Source: Octopus sinensis
Lineage: Eukaryota
Assembly: GCF_006345805.1 (NCBI RefSeq)
Contig: NC_043004.1
Location: 22,630,001-22,694,000, forward strand
DNA length: 64,000 bases
Reading direction: 5' to 3'
Part shown: positions 51,401 to 64,000 of the stretch, piece by piece
Numbering within the stretch: the first letter of the stretch is position 1
How the letters are laid out: each line of letters opens with the position of its first letter
Made by a program: the position numbers and the translations under genes
Notes under the pieces: generated by a model
Databases searched by the model: none
What the model saw: only the letters and a program-made list of their open reading frames with translations
Told to the model about the DNA's origin: nothing

Positions 51401-52966
51401 GTTTGTAATATTAAGAATTCATTACTTTCTCTACCCTATAATATCTATGAATCTGTTTATAACGTTAGATATTATTATCTTCAGTGTAAGCACAGGTACC
51501 TGGAAATTCACGGCTGGAATAGACGTTCCTGTTTCTGTTTTCATGCATGTTTTACAGATATTTGTGTCATTGCCACACTAAGTTACAATAACGCCATTAT
51601 ATTTTCATATTCGTTCCATCGCAGAGGTCACTAAAAGCTCAGCAGATGAATTTTATCGTTGTTTGTATTTTTTCTTGGAATTCGTTCTATAATTACAACT
51701 GCTGAAAGTGAAAGTCAGATTTGTTAACAAGCTGAACATCCCTATACGTTATTATTCTCCAGTTTTTGTATACTTCAAACAATATGCGTGAGCCTTTACG
51801 TGCGTCTGTGCCTGTTTTATTTCGACAATCATGTTGAAAGCATTACGCAGGTGTTTAGTAAAATCTCAGGGGGATTTCTTTCAACGGTTAATTATGATTA
51901 TATTGGCACTAGTGCTTACAACTTTGTACAAATGGTATATATTCAGTTTATGTTATACACATGCCTCTAAATCGTGAGTATCTCTTAACACTGAAACTTA
52001 TATCTCAGATTAAGACAGCAGCAGCTGAGCGTGTGTGCGTAAAGGCATATGAATGATTATATGTGTGCCTGTGTGTGTGCATGTGTACTCACATACACTC
52101 ATACATATATGCACATATACATACATGCATACACACATGCAGGCATACACACATATGGATGTATATATAAATATATATATGTATGTATGTATATATGGAT
52201 ATATATATATATATGTATGTATATATGGAAATATGTATGTATATATGGATATATATATGTATGTATATATAGATATATATGTATGTATGCATACTCTGTG
52301 TACAAGCACACAGCGTGGATATTATAAATCTAGATATAACTATCGGTGCCAAGTATACATTGCAATTATATGACGCAACTTGGAAGTACTCCCCAAGTTC
52401 TTGGCTGACACGATATATCGGTCCGTCAAAATTCTTCTCAGAGAGAATATATACCTCGTAAATAGATAATTATACGCAATATGGATTTCCGTGATGTCCT
52501 GTTGTTATACAACACATATAACATTCCTGGAACTCGTGCCAATATAAGTACAAATGCCACTAACCATGTATGTATATATGCATGTATGCATGTATGTATG
52601 TATCTATCCATCTATCTATTTATCTTTCTATCTATTTATCTATCTATGTATTCCTTTGTCAATCTACCTATGTATCTATGAGTCCGAATATCTGTCTCTC
52701 ACTGTGTTTCTCTCTTTCTAATGATCTACCTATGTATCCCTATAAATATTCAGAGACAGACAGACAGAAAATTAGGTAGGTATGTGGGTAGGTAGGTAGG
52801 TAGGTAGGTAGGTAGTTAGGTAGGTATGTAGGTAGGTAGGTAGGTAGGTAGGAATGTAGGTAGGCAGGCAGGTAATGGGTAGGAAGAATACATATAGCTG
52901 TAGAAAAAGGATGTATACCCATGATATGTGGTTGTGCATACACTACAATATTTATATTTGTATTTT

Positions 52967-53182
52967 GCGCGGCGAAATGGTAGAACCGTTAGCACGCCGG
53001 GCTCAATGCTTAGCGGCATTTCGTCTGTTGTCTGTAGATTCTGAGTTCAAATTCCACTTAAAGCTTGACTCTAGCTTTCATCATTTCAAGGTTGATAAAA
53101 TAAATACCAGTTGCATTCAGGGCTCGATGTAATCGACTTAACCCCTTCTTGGATATTGCTGGCCTCGTACCCAACTTAAAAA
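52967..53182 (+). mobile_element. SINE family B, degenerate
   Basis: gtagaaccgttagcacgccggg...ctgagttcaaattcc...gatgtaatcgactta. Confidence 0.8.
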
Positions 53183-53277
53183 CATTCTATATATTTGCAT
53201 TTATATACCTATATACATGTAATTGTATGTCTGTAAGTGTGCGTATGCAAACGCACACACACACACACATACACACA

Positions 53278-53345
<68 letters not shown>

Positions 53346-54325
53346 CAGGGATTTATGTCTCTTGTGATATCAGCAGCTTCCAATAAAGATATTTTCACAA
53401 GTATGTTGCTTTACCAATAACCTAGTATGTAACTCCAAATTTCATTCGTGAATATCCCACAAGATTAAGTGTCATTGATTATATTCGCCATTTGATAAAT
53501 CGTTGTCTGACTTAAATAAATAAGATCAAATAAGGGAATCTCGAAATATAGCAAGGACGATGCTTGAGATCCCTATTGCTTTTAAAATAATTAGTTTGAG
53601 AAATCAGCTAGTGTAGACATAAATAGAAATGAAAACACAGAGTTGTCTTTCTTGGATTTTTTTTTTTTTTTCCATCATAAATCTGTCCCATTAGGTTTGA
53701 AATCTGAGTAAACAGCAACACAGACAACAAATTAATTAAAAATCTATAAGGGAACAGTTATGCGGAGGACTGTACAGCTGAAAATAGCAAAGTAACTATT
53801 CACATGACATTGAAACGTGGGTGCCTGTGTATGTGTGTATGTATGTATGTATGAATGTATGTATGTGTGTATGAATGTATGTGTGTATGTATGCATTTGT
53901 GTGTATGTAAGTTTGCATGCATGTATTTATACATGTATGTATACATGTGTCTATGTATGGATGTTTGCATGTGTGTATGTATGTCTGCGTGTAACTAACA
54001 ACCTGCCTATTTCTCAGTCTCTATATATGAAACGCTCTCATGTCTAACACCTATATATCGTCAAACTAAGACACCTGCTTGTTCATACAGCTGTCTTCGT
54101 CCTTTGTCCTTCTATAAATTTAACTAAGTATATGTGTATATATATATATATTCACATGCTTACATGTATGCATAATGGTGTGTGTGTGTGTGCGTGCGTG
54201 CATGTGTGTGCGTGTAACAGTTTTGTATTTGTATGTGCTTATTTGTGCGCATGTGAGTGTGTGTATGCTTGACCTCATTTCTTAGAAGCTTATATATTTT
54301 CTAATTGTAATTTCGTCTGTCTTTT

Positions 54326-54361
54326 GACTAAATTCCTCTTTTCTTTCTTTTGCAGGTAAGC
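54326..54361 (+). promoter_or_regulatory. Candidate recursive splice site (3' acceptor fused to 5' donor)
   Basis: gactaa branch-like motif, then ttcctcttttctttctttt, then gcAG|GTAAGc; junction 54355/54356. Confidence 0.45.
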
Positions 54362-57163
54362 TTCGTTTTTTTTTTATAAAACGTTCAACGAATTTTTGCT
54401 GAGGAGCGATGTACTTGTGGAGACGAATTTCCTTATATTTTTCTTGAAATTTTGATTCTGTCGTTCTGAAGACGTGTAAGTTAACTTGCTGCTAAAATTA
54501 TAAAACACGACTATTTTTGTAAATATTTTTATCTGTAAGCGCTGAATGTCCTTCACAATATTTCATTCCACTTATCTTGTTACTTCATTTTTGTTTCCTT
54601 GCACAAAACCCTGTTGATGAACATGATACCTCTACACCTACTTAAATGGTATCTATTCCTCGGCACTTGTTTTTCTCATACCGCCTAAAATCTGATATTC
54701 ATACCCCACTAATTTCTCGGTTCATCATTACCCATATTGTGTCCAACTTCAAGACTTATACCAGTCCCTATTCACTGTTCTCCACCACCGTCTAACTATG
54801 TCAGCCTTTAATACCTCCCATCTTTCAATTTCTCCTTCAATCGTTGATTTCAAGAGGAATATTAACTACGAAAAATCAACTCGGTATCGGACAGCCAGAA
54901 GAGGACAAATGCAAGCATTTACATCTTACTACTGTTCTGTTCTTCCATATATACATTACTATATATTGTTATATAACTTTTCAACATGAAACTGCGGACA
55001 TTTTGGTAATTACGTCATTGTGTCAGAAGATAAGCTGTTTTGCTTATCAAACGATCGATACATTTATGTTACATTAGAGCATTTGCTAAAAGATGCATAT
55101 CCACTCTGGAATACAAATATTGATTCATTTGTATTCTAGATAAGATCATATGTTTTAATTGCAAAATGATAAATGAGGAAATGGAATCATGATTGGCGTG
55201 TTCATGCAAAATATATATCAATGAAATAGTGGTCATATTATCTATGATTTAAATTAAGTTCTGAAAAGGAACACTTAAAATGACATTTATCGTATATTTT
55301 GATTATTACTCTCACACATTCTGGGTGTTTGACGGCTATTTTCCCAAAGCCACATCATTATCTCCTGTATTGTGAATTTCTTCAATTTCTGCATAAAACG
55401 TAAGCGTGTTGCTTGCTTAATAGCTTAATGTAATTTCATATTGTTCTTCGAATATTTTCATACTGTATTACACTTCATAAACTACGAAAACTGTCTTACA
55501 TTAATATTTACCATATTTCTATAATTTTATGATCAGACCATCATCATAGTTTTATGATTCTGCAGAACTGCATACTTATTAATACATTCAAACATTTTGA
55601 ACATTTGAACAGTTTAATATGAAGTTGATCACCAACCCGCCTCTTTATTAAAACCCCAGACCCTTTTCTCTTACCTCTTTATTTTTTACTGATTCTATAC
55701 CTCAGATTTACAAGTTCTTTTCCTACTACCAGTGAGGCCCTCCCAACTTTACCAGCCCCTTTTCTTCTCACTTATGCTGTGTCTATACCCAAGCCAATAT
55801 TAATAACCACGTCCGAGTTCCTTTCTCCTGTATGATGTCAGCTTTCGAAGTCCCCTGTTACTTTCTCTACTACTGTGTCAACTTGAAAATATTGAAGTGG
55901 AACACCAATCTCGTCAATTCCACATGGCCTATCCATGCAGCGCCCTTCTTCAAGAACAAAGCGTTAAGATACTAAATATGCAGATAATTTATTCGAGGAC
56001 AGCTTTCAAGAGAAAAAAATACGTTTTGTATGTGTTTCCGCTTCATTTGTGTTTGTGCCTCATTTGAGCTAACACATTTCATAACTGGATGATTTGAAAC
56101 ATAGTTTATATCTCTCCCCATATTCTTATAATAGGATTAACAAATAACACATGTAATGAGAGTTAAAATCAAAACCACATATCATAGGATATCTCCGTTA
56201 AGAGACGAAACTGAGAAACATAGCATGTATAGTTAGGAATTAGCGAAACTATGTGATAACATTTCCATTACCCACAGTGTACCTATACTGGTCACAGTTG
56301 CACAAATATCAGAGGACATAGATATAGAAAAAACTGAGATAGCGATTGGAAAGCATAGCACAGCTCATTTAACTGTCATGACAGTAAATGGGTTTTAATA
56401 CCATTTTAAGTGCCTAGAATTGTACTACTTGTTCCTGTTCGTTGACTAGCTATTCCAAGCAATGAACTTTATGGTTACTCGAGGTCATAAAACAAATACA
56501 TGTCACCTGATGATGATCTCGTCTAGAACGTATATTATGTCGTGTTTTACAAAACGAGCTGGGAAGATAATATGCCAATATTGATAATAACTCTGAAAAA
56601 TATTTCTTTTTTATTGTATTCCAGCTTGATGAGGCGTATTTTGTTGTGAATATTTTTCTCTTTAGAAAAATATACAGCCTTTAGCAATAGACGTAATAAG
56701 TCAATGTTATTGATGCGCTAATATTTGTATTCAATGCAAATAAATGAAACAGTCGACTGCAAATTAGTTTATCCCGTTCATTCTATCGATCATTTAGTAA
56801 TCTTATATAATTTCAAATATGTTGAGTAAAATCACTGTATTCATCAAGGTTTAAGTAAATTTCCCATTGCATGTCACCATATAACATTTATTCAGTTTAA
56901 GTTTCCGAGTTCTCTCTCATGCTTCCCCGAGAGAATTATAATTAAGGCTAATTTCCTTATCTTTTTGTTTAGGATATCACTTCAATTCATCAAACATTAT
57001 TTTTTAGCCCACTACTTGAAGCATGCTAACCCACAAGTAACTGTGTTCTTCATGCTAAATGGGTCATACTTAATCCCTTTACAATATCGTACATTGCTTC
57101 GTTTTATGCGTTTTATGAACCTATATTAGTTATAATGTGATTCAAATGCACGTGTGTGTGTGT

Positions 57164-57201
<38 letters not shown>

Positions 57202-58229
57202 TGTGTGTGTGTGTGTGTAATATTTCAGACATTGGTATCGTTTTACATTATTATACAAACGATAAAGACCTGCTCATATTGCAATGGTCAAATGCCGCAC
57301 TTACACGACAACATAGATAATCTTTATATTGACTAATATTATTTAAGCATTTTTTACTATAAAATGAATATTCCCCATATTAAATCTCATTGATATTTGA
57401 TACACTCCAAGCTTTTAGATTTACTATCTATAGTTGAATATTGTACGTTTAGTTGTGTTTTTAGCGTTGGATAGAATCACTTTTGAAACGAAGGTTTGCC
57501 CGATATTATCGCTTCGTATTTTTTCATAGAGCTGATTCCATAGAGATGATAGATATCCTCACATCAGAAAAGTTATGTTTCAATAGATGCCGTATAATGT
57601 CTATATGAATGAGCGAAATGCTCGAACAGTATTCATATGTCATCGAAAAATCTATGAAATAAATGCACAAATGCTTTAATGGAAGCCATTCCATTGTGAT
57701 CTATGAGAGGTCATACCGTATTCAACAGATCCGACCTTGTATATATTCACTTGCAAATCATATTGGATTATTGACAATTTGGTTGCATTTTACTGTATAG
57801 TGATTATATTTAGATAAACATCCGCGTAATTGCGTATGGGAGAATGATAGTCAACAAGGTCGACGTTACTTCAATTTCCATCATTTATTTACACACTCGT
57901 CAGCTTAAATAGGATTCGAAATCGGATAAAAAAAATACTAATTGGTGCCAAAGGCGTAGATATGGCATCGGTGAAAAAATGTGATCTCTGGTTTCATTCT
58001 CTTTGCGTGGGGCAAAGATATGATAGATATTTTAGCTTAGCTTTTTACTGATACCTTCACATTTTCTTTGGTATTAGTGTATTAGTAATAATCACCAGTT
58101 AACTATACAAGTGATATTAGATCCTAGATTTTCGTCGATACACTTATCTTTCACTATTAAAATTTTCTTTATTTCTGCTTGTATCCGAAAATGCAGCTAT
58201 CATTTAAATTTAATAAACTAGAACTTTAA

Positions 58230-58430
58230 GGCGGCGAGCTGGCAGAAACGTTAGCACACCGGCGAAATGCTTATCGGCATTTCGTCTGTCTTTACGTTCT
58301 AAGTTCAAATTCCACCGAGGTCGACTTTCGGAGTCGATAAATTAAGCACCAGTTGCGTACTGGGGTCGATCTAATCGACTGACCTCCTCCCTAAAAATTT
58401 CGGGCGATTTGCCTAGAGTAGAAAAGAATA
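58230..58430 (+). mobile_element. SINE family B with internal deletion
   Basis: ggcggcgagctggcagaaacgttagc...aagttcaaattccaccgaggtcgacttt[del]cggagtcgataaattaag. Confidence 0.85.
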
Positions 58431-59120
58431 AACTAGAACGTTTTGGTTGGTGGTTTGTGTTGTTGCAGTAACTAAAGAAAACTGAAGCGAGATGCATCCA
58501 AGCTTTGGTGATCTTGTATCTCTGCATGACATAAATATGCCTACGTTTTCCAAAATTAAAGTGTGTGGTTTGAAGAATATATGGTTGATAATATCTTGGA
58601 GACCAAGTTACTTCATAAAAGGAATCTCATTGATGTGTATAAAACGAGTCTCGATCTTTTAGTACACAACATTCTCAAGTTAGTCTATTGTTCAGATAAT
58701 GCAGTTTGTCTGCGTATAAGTAATTTGCAAACCGCACGAGGAACTGCCAAAATAACTTGAAGAGGAATATGAGATTCTAGAAATTCTTAATAATCGGCTA
58801 ACTGAAAATGAGACAAGGTTCCAACTGCACAATTTTAAAGTCATTAGGAAAGAATATGCTCATGTATATATTTCGTATCGACCAATAGTCTACAGTTGGT
58901 TTCATTAACAGTTATTCCGTTATTTTTGGTGACGTTTAAACAAGATTTTACTAAAAATTTGGTCATGCTACGAATATATTGAAGAATTGATAAACATACT
59001 ACACCTGCAAAAACAACAACGTATTGTATATACTTCGAACGCCTACCAGATGTTATTGGGGGAGAAAACCCATCGATTTGGCTTATATATATATATATAT
59101 ATATAATTGTGTGTCTGTGT

Positions 59121-59332
59121 GGAGGCGCAATGGCCCAGTGGTTAGGCCAGCGGACTCACGGTCGGAGGATCGCGGTTTAGATTCCCAAACCGAGCGTTGT
59201 GTGTTTATTGAGCGAAAACACAGAGGTGGTGGTGACCCCTGCTGTACTCTTTCGCCGCAACTTTCTCTCACTCTCTCTTCTGTTGGCCTGATCGCTTAGT
59301 CACCAGGGTGGCGTCATTTGAACGCTAAAAAA
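59121..59332 (+). mobile_element. SINE family C variant with a third type of 3' tail
   Basis: ggaggcgcaatggcccagtggttagg head; body to aactttctctcact; tail ggcctgatcgcttagtcaccagggtggcgtcatttgaacgctaaaaaa. Confidence 0.82.
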
Positions 59333-59415
59333 TATCAGATGTGTAGCAACATCTCATATATATATAACATCTGATATCTGATATATATATATCATGTGAT
59401 ATATATATGTATGTA

Positions 59416-59485
<70 letters not shown>

Positions 59486-59599
59486 TGTGTGTATGTGTGA
59501 GTATATATATACATATATGTATGTTGGGTATGTACGTATGTATGTATGCGAATCTGACAAACGGTGACTGCATCACTTCACCATCATGTAAGTCCTACA

Positions 59600-61900
59600 A
59601 GTGTAGTATTCTCAGTGCGTGTCATCGTGTCAGCAACAGCAGTATCCAAACTCTTCCATTCCGCGGATGTTAACAGGGAATGGAACGTCTGACCAGTGTA
59701 ATGCGTTCCCTCCACAGGAAGTTGAAGAGTATATGCTCCAGTTTAATGAGACTTAAACTGGAGCAAAGCATGTCGGTCATGCAGTGATATATGACAGTGG
59801 TGATGTATTGCATCGGCTCGTCATCTCGTCGCAGTATTCTACCTGGAGATCAGGACCAAACTAGATTCCAGTCATATTAAGCGGTCCATTAGTCCAGCGT
59901 CCCACGATGTTATGATGCGGCATGGACCTCCCTTGCCATGTTCCGAGTTTCAGTCGCACATACATTTCTTGTTAGCTTTGTAACTGTCATCGTATCGTAG
60001 TTCAGATCAGGTCGATGTATCTGGTATTCGAATCCGCATATAGCCACACGGTCCTTCCATGCTCTAATCCGCGTGGTATGCATCTTAGTATCTCCAATTT
60101 CCGCAGTAGTGGCTCTAGTGACAGACATTACAGAAGAAAGGGAAAACCCTTGATGGATCGAGCGTATGATGCAAAATAGTTGCCATGGGTAACTATTCAC
60201 CTGAGCTACGAAGCACATGTCACTGTATATCGCAGCGACCCACCAATGGAAAACAGGACCGAAATCAGCTGCTCTGGGAACCGCCGCCAAGTATCATTTG
60301 TCTATCCTATCGAAGGATTTCGAATTATCGAACCTGATCAGCACCCACCACTGACAGCTTCTTTAACCACCCTGTCTATGATGTGTTACATGAGGTGGAT
60401 GGATTTGCTTGGGATGGTGCACGTTTTCACATCACCAATAAGCTCCTCGATAACAAGCTCCAACCTATTCGCAACACCCTTAGCCAAAATGTTGAAATCT
60501 GCACCCAGCAGCGTTATAGATCTAACATTTTCTAGTTGTTTCCCCTTCTTTGGATCTTTCTTTGCAGTGCTACCGCTTCTCGACTCAGAGAAGTAGAGAT
60601 TCTCCCTTTTTTGCTGCTAGTTGCGGTAAAAATTTGTTAAGAGACCGCAAAAAACGTCTGGTATACAAACGTAAGTCTCGTATAGCTGACTATTTAAACC
60701 AGGAGTTCTGCCCAGTGAAACTCATTATCACATCCCAAATTGCTGTGCCTGTTATCGATTTCACGCAACGCTCCGCCTCCCTTTCTGAGAGTCGTAGAGG
60801 TAAGCACTGAGGTCCATCCTGCATTTAGAACTTCCATTCCCCACAAATAGTCGAACGAAGGGTTGCTGAAATGCCGCTCACATGTGCTCCGGTTCAAGTA
60901 CCCTTCACCCATTTTGGTTCACAACAAAACACAATTGTGACTTTGTTTTCACGTTACACTTCTGTCACATGGGCTTATCGACCAGCTTTTGTTCCCTCGT
61001 TTCTTAGAGCACGTGCCTTAGCTCTAACAATGCAGCCTTCGTAATAAGCGTGAAAGAAGTGGTCCAGGGTCAATCATGTCACCAGTAAGTAGATTGCGAT
61101 ACCTTTCCTAAGCACCTCTTCTAAGTTTTTATGTTATCTTCTTTTCTATTTCTTTCTATCTCTGGTGGCCTTACCAAACTTAATCGACTTTACCCTAATT
61201 GTCCTTTTCAAGACAAGCTATTTGTTGCTAAAGTTCATTCCCATCAACGCATGCTAAACTAATACGCTAATCCGGTCTCTGTATACTTACCATACATGGA
61301 GTGACTTGTTCAGATTCCAATAGCCGGTTCTCTGTCTACGAACAACTCTATCTAAATACGACAAAGATGACCCGTTGCAGTTCGTCCATGTTCAAACTGG
61401 CACATCCCGAACGAATATCCATTCGGTAAATATCAGACAGCTGGAAACGTCTGAGCAAACTTGTGAGGCATTTGCACCCAACCTGCTAACAGCTAGCCCC
61501 AAACAGTTTAAACCTGCGCCCAAAATGGTGTTCCAGTCACCTATTGGTACTAAAGTTCGAAACGTTCCCCTGAAAAGCTCCAGACGTCTGAAGAAATTTG
61601 ACTGCTAATAACGGACCATAAACAGCTACCAGTTTGGAGACAACATTGTCGCTACTATTCACATCTAGGACCACCAAGTTACTTTCCTGGTCCAGGAAGA
61701 TACATCTTATCTTGAGGTTCAGACGCTTCCAGAACAAAACTGCAATTCCATCCCCTATTTCCGCATGACATGGAGATAAGTTAATCTAGTATGTACCAAA
61801 AATGAGGGCGAGCGCTTACCGATTGGTAACTCTGGTCTCGCTGATAGCCACGACATCCATATTTAGTGTACTAATGTCTTGCTTATTTTCAGCAAGTCTA
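59600..61900 (-). mobile_element. Decayed Tx1/L1-clade LINE ORF2 (APE endonuclease plus RT)
   Basis: Minus fragments: DVVAISETR; LVVLDVNS..KLVAVYGP; SYLDRV..GYWNLNKSL; KKDPKKG..ENVRSITLLGADFNILAKGVANRL; SFDRID..DFGPVFHWWVAAIY...RSIHQGFSLS; YAD. Boundaries approximate. Confidence 0.85.
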
Positions 61901-62360
61901 AGCTTTTCAAGTGTTTTGTCAATGCTTTTTGTAAAATTCCTGCTCTCATCACAGTATTTGTTTTTGTATGGTGTTCAATGGTTTTATGTTATTTGTATGA
62001 GTTTTATGTATGTTAGTGTTATGAAATGACTCTGAGTGATGTCCGTGTGATTATATATGTATTCTACTAGTGCGTTATGCTTTGTGAAGTTTCTTTTTGT
62101 TGTTGCTTTCGATTTGTAAGCATGATGTATTTGCTTGTGTTTTTGCTGTTGGCTGCATAATAGGAGTTGTGATGGTGATGATGGTGTTGTTAATGTTGGT
62201 GTTGTTATTGAAGGTGGTGCTGGTATGTCTCTGTCAAGCATGCATAAAATTAAAAGTGAACGAACATAATTTTGCCGCCGTGGTTCCTACACTTTTTGTG
62301 GGTCGATTAAATTAAGGAACAGTCGAATACTTGGATCGATGAAGGAATACAAAGAATGTA

Positions 62361-62520
62361 CCTTCCCCTACGTTGCTATACCTGCAACTCGGAATATTGT
62401 GTAGACAGAGAATGAAAAGTAGCAACACTTGGAAGTGGATAAGAAACGCCCCTGTAGAGCCTCAAACGTGAGCGTGATACATATCGTTGTCGGTTCACTT
62501 GGAATCACCTCAAAGAAAGC
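62361..62520 (+). mobile_element. RLE endonuclease fragment (Dong/R4-type)
   Basis: YVAIPATRNIV*TENEK...VIHIVVGSLGITSKK. Confidence 0.6.
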
Positions 62521-62602
62521 AATATTCTGGCATGAAAAGCAGTAAATATCAAACTATCGGAATTAGGGATTTTAAGCTGGAAGTACTTTCATCCGGTTGA
62601 AA

Positions 62603-63325
<723 letters not shown>

Positions 63326-64000
63326 TAGTAATAATAATAATAATAATAGCAACAACTGAGTATCAAATTTTGGCACAATGCTAGCAATTTCAAGGTAAGC
63401 AGTTTAGTCGATTACATTGACCCTAATATTCGACTGCTGCTTAATTTAATCGAACCCGAAAATATATAAGAACCACTACGGGAGAATAGAGTGTTCGGCG
63501 CTAATATTATGCATGATTAACAAAGACAAATATTATTCTTGAAGAGGAATTTGCAAAGGGTTTTACACCTTGAAACAAAAACACGGAATTTTAAAGGACA
63601 TCTGCTTTATATGAAAACACAGCAACAAAGAAAGAATATGTAAAAGTCACAAACCTATATTCATATATGTATGTGTTTTTTTTTCTCTCTGCGATTGGAC
63701 AGCTTAATATCTAATACCATTTTATGTGCAATGCCCATGCACATACATAAACATATATTCTTGGTGTGCCTTTTCCTCTTACACCATTGCCAGATGGTAT
63801 CTTATCTCTTCATAGAATAATGACAAATTTGAGGTTATTTAGTTTATGCGTAGTGTACAAGCAAAAACTACCGAAACTAATAAATATGATATTAATGTGA
63901 GTGTTATTTGAAATTATGATACGTAGGCATAACAATAAGAAAATATAAACGTGACATAAAAATTTTTGAATTAGAAAAGATAAGAAGAAAGCGATATAAA

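Noticed and set aside
56504-56543. cac-CTGATGA...gaac...GTC-gtg
   Set aside because: Only a 3-bp stem I, GAA instead of GAAA, and no real stem II.

Overview
AT-rich, microsatellite-saturated animal genomic DNA, most likely an octopus/cephalopod (inferred from recalled octopod-type SINE families and the TA/ATT/AGAT repeat density; not checked against a database). I find no intact host protein-coding gene, and almost all listed ORFs are microsatellite artefacts. The window is intron- or intergenic-like and filled with transposon relics: a Penelope-like element (PLE) with GIY-YIG endonuclease (1-1362), several Dong/R4-type RLE retroelement pieces sitting in (TAA)n arrays, a complete but decayed hAT transposon with TIRs and an 8-bp TSD (16049-18923), a Tx1/L1-type ORF2 relic (about 59600-61900), RTE fragments, a mariner-type MITE and about 20 SINE copies of at least four families. 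The standout is a cluster of hammerhead-ribozyme (HHR) mini-elements nested in (TA)n arrays at 32.8-34.2 kb. It comprises a near-perfect 645-bp palindrome (318-bp arms, 3 mismatches, 9-nt loop) carrying a type I HHR in each arm, and a diverged sister element with a third HHR. The two element types share the palindromic stem III GAAACGTACGT and a covarying 3' stem. A degenerate minimal HHR also follows the PLE ORF. A candidate recursive splice site (AG|GTAAG) lies at 54355/54356.
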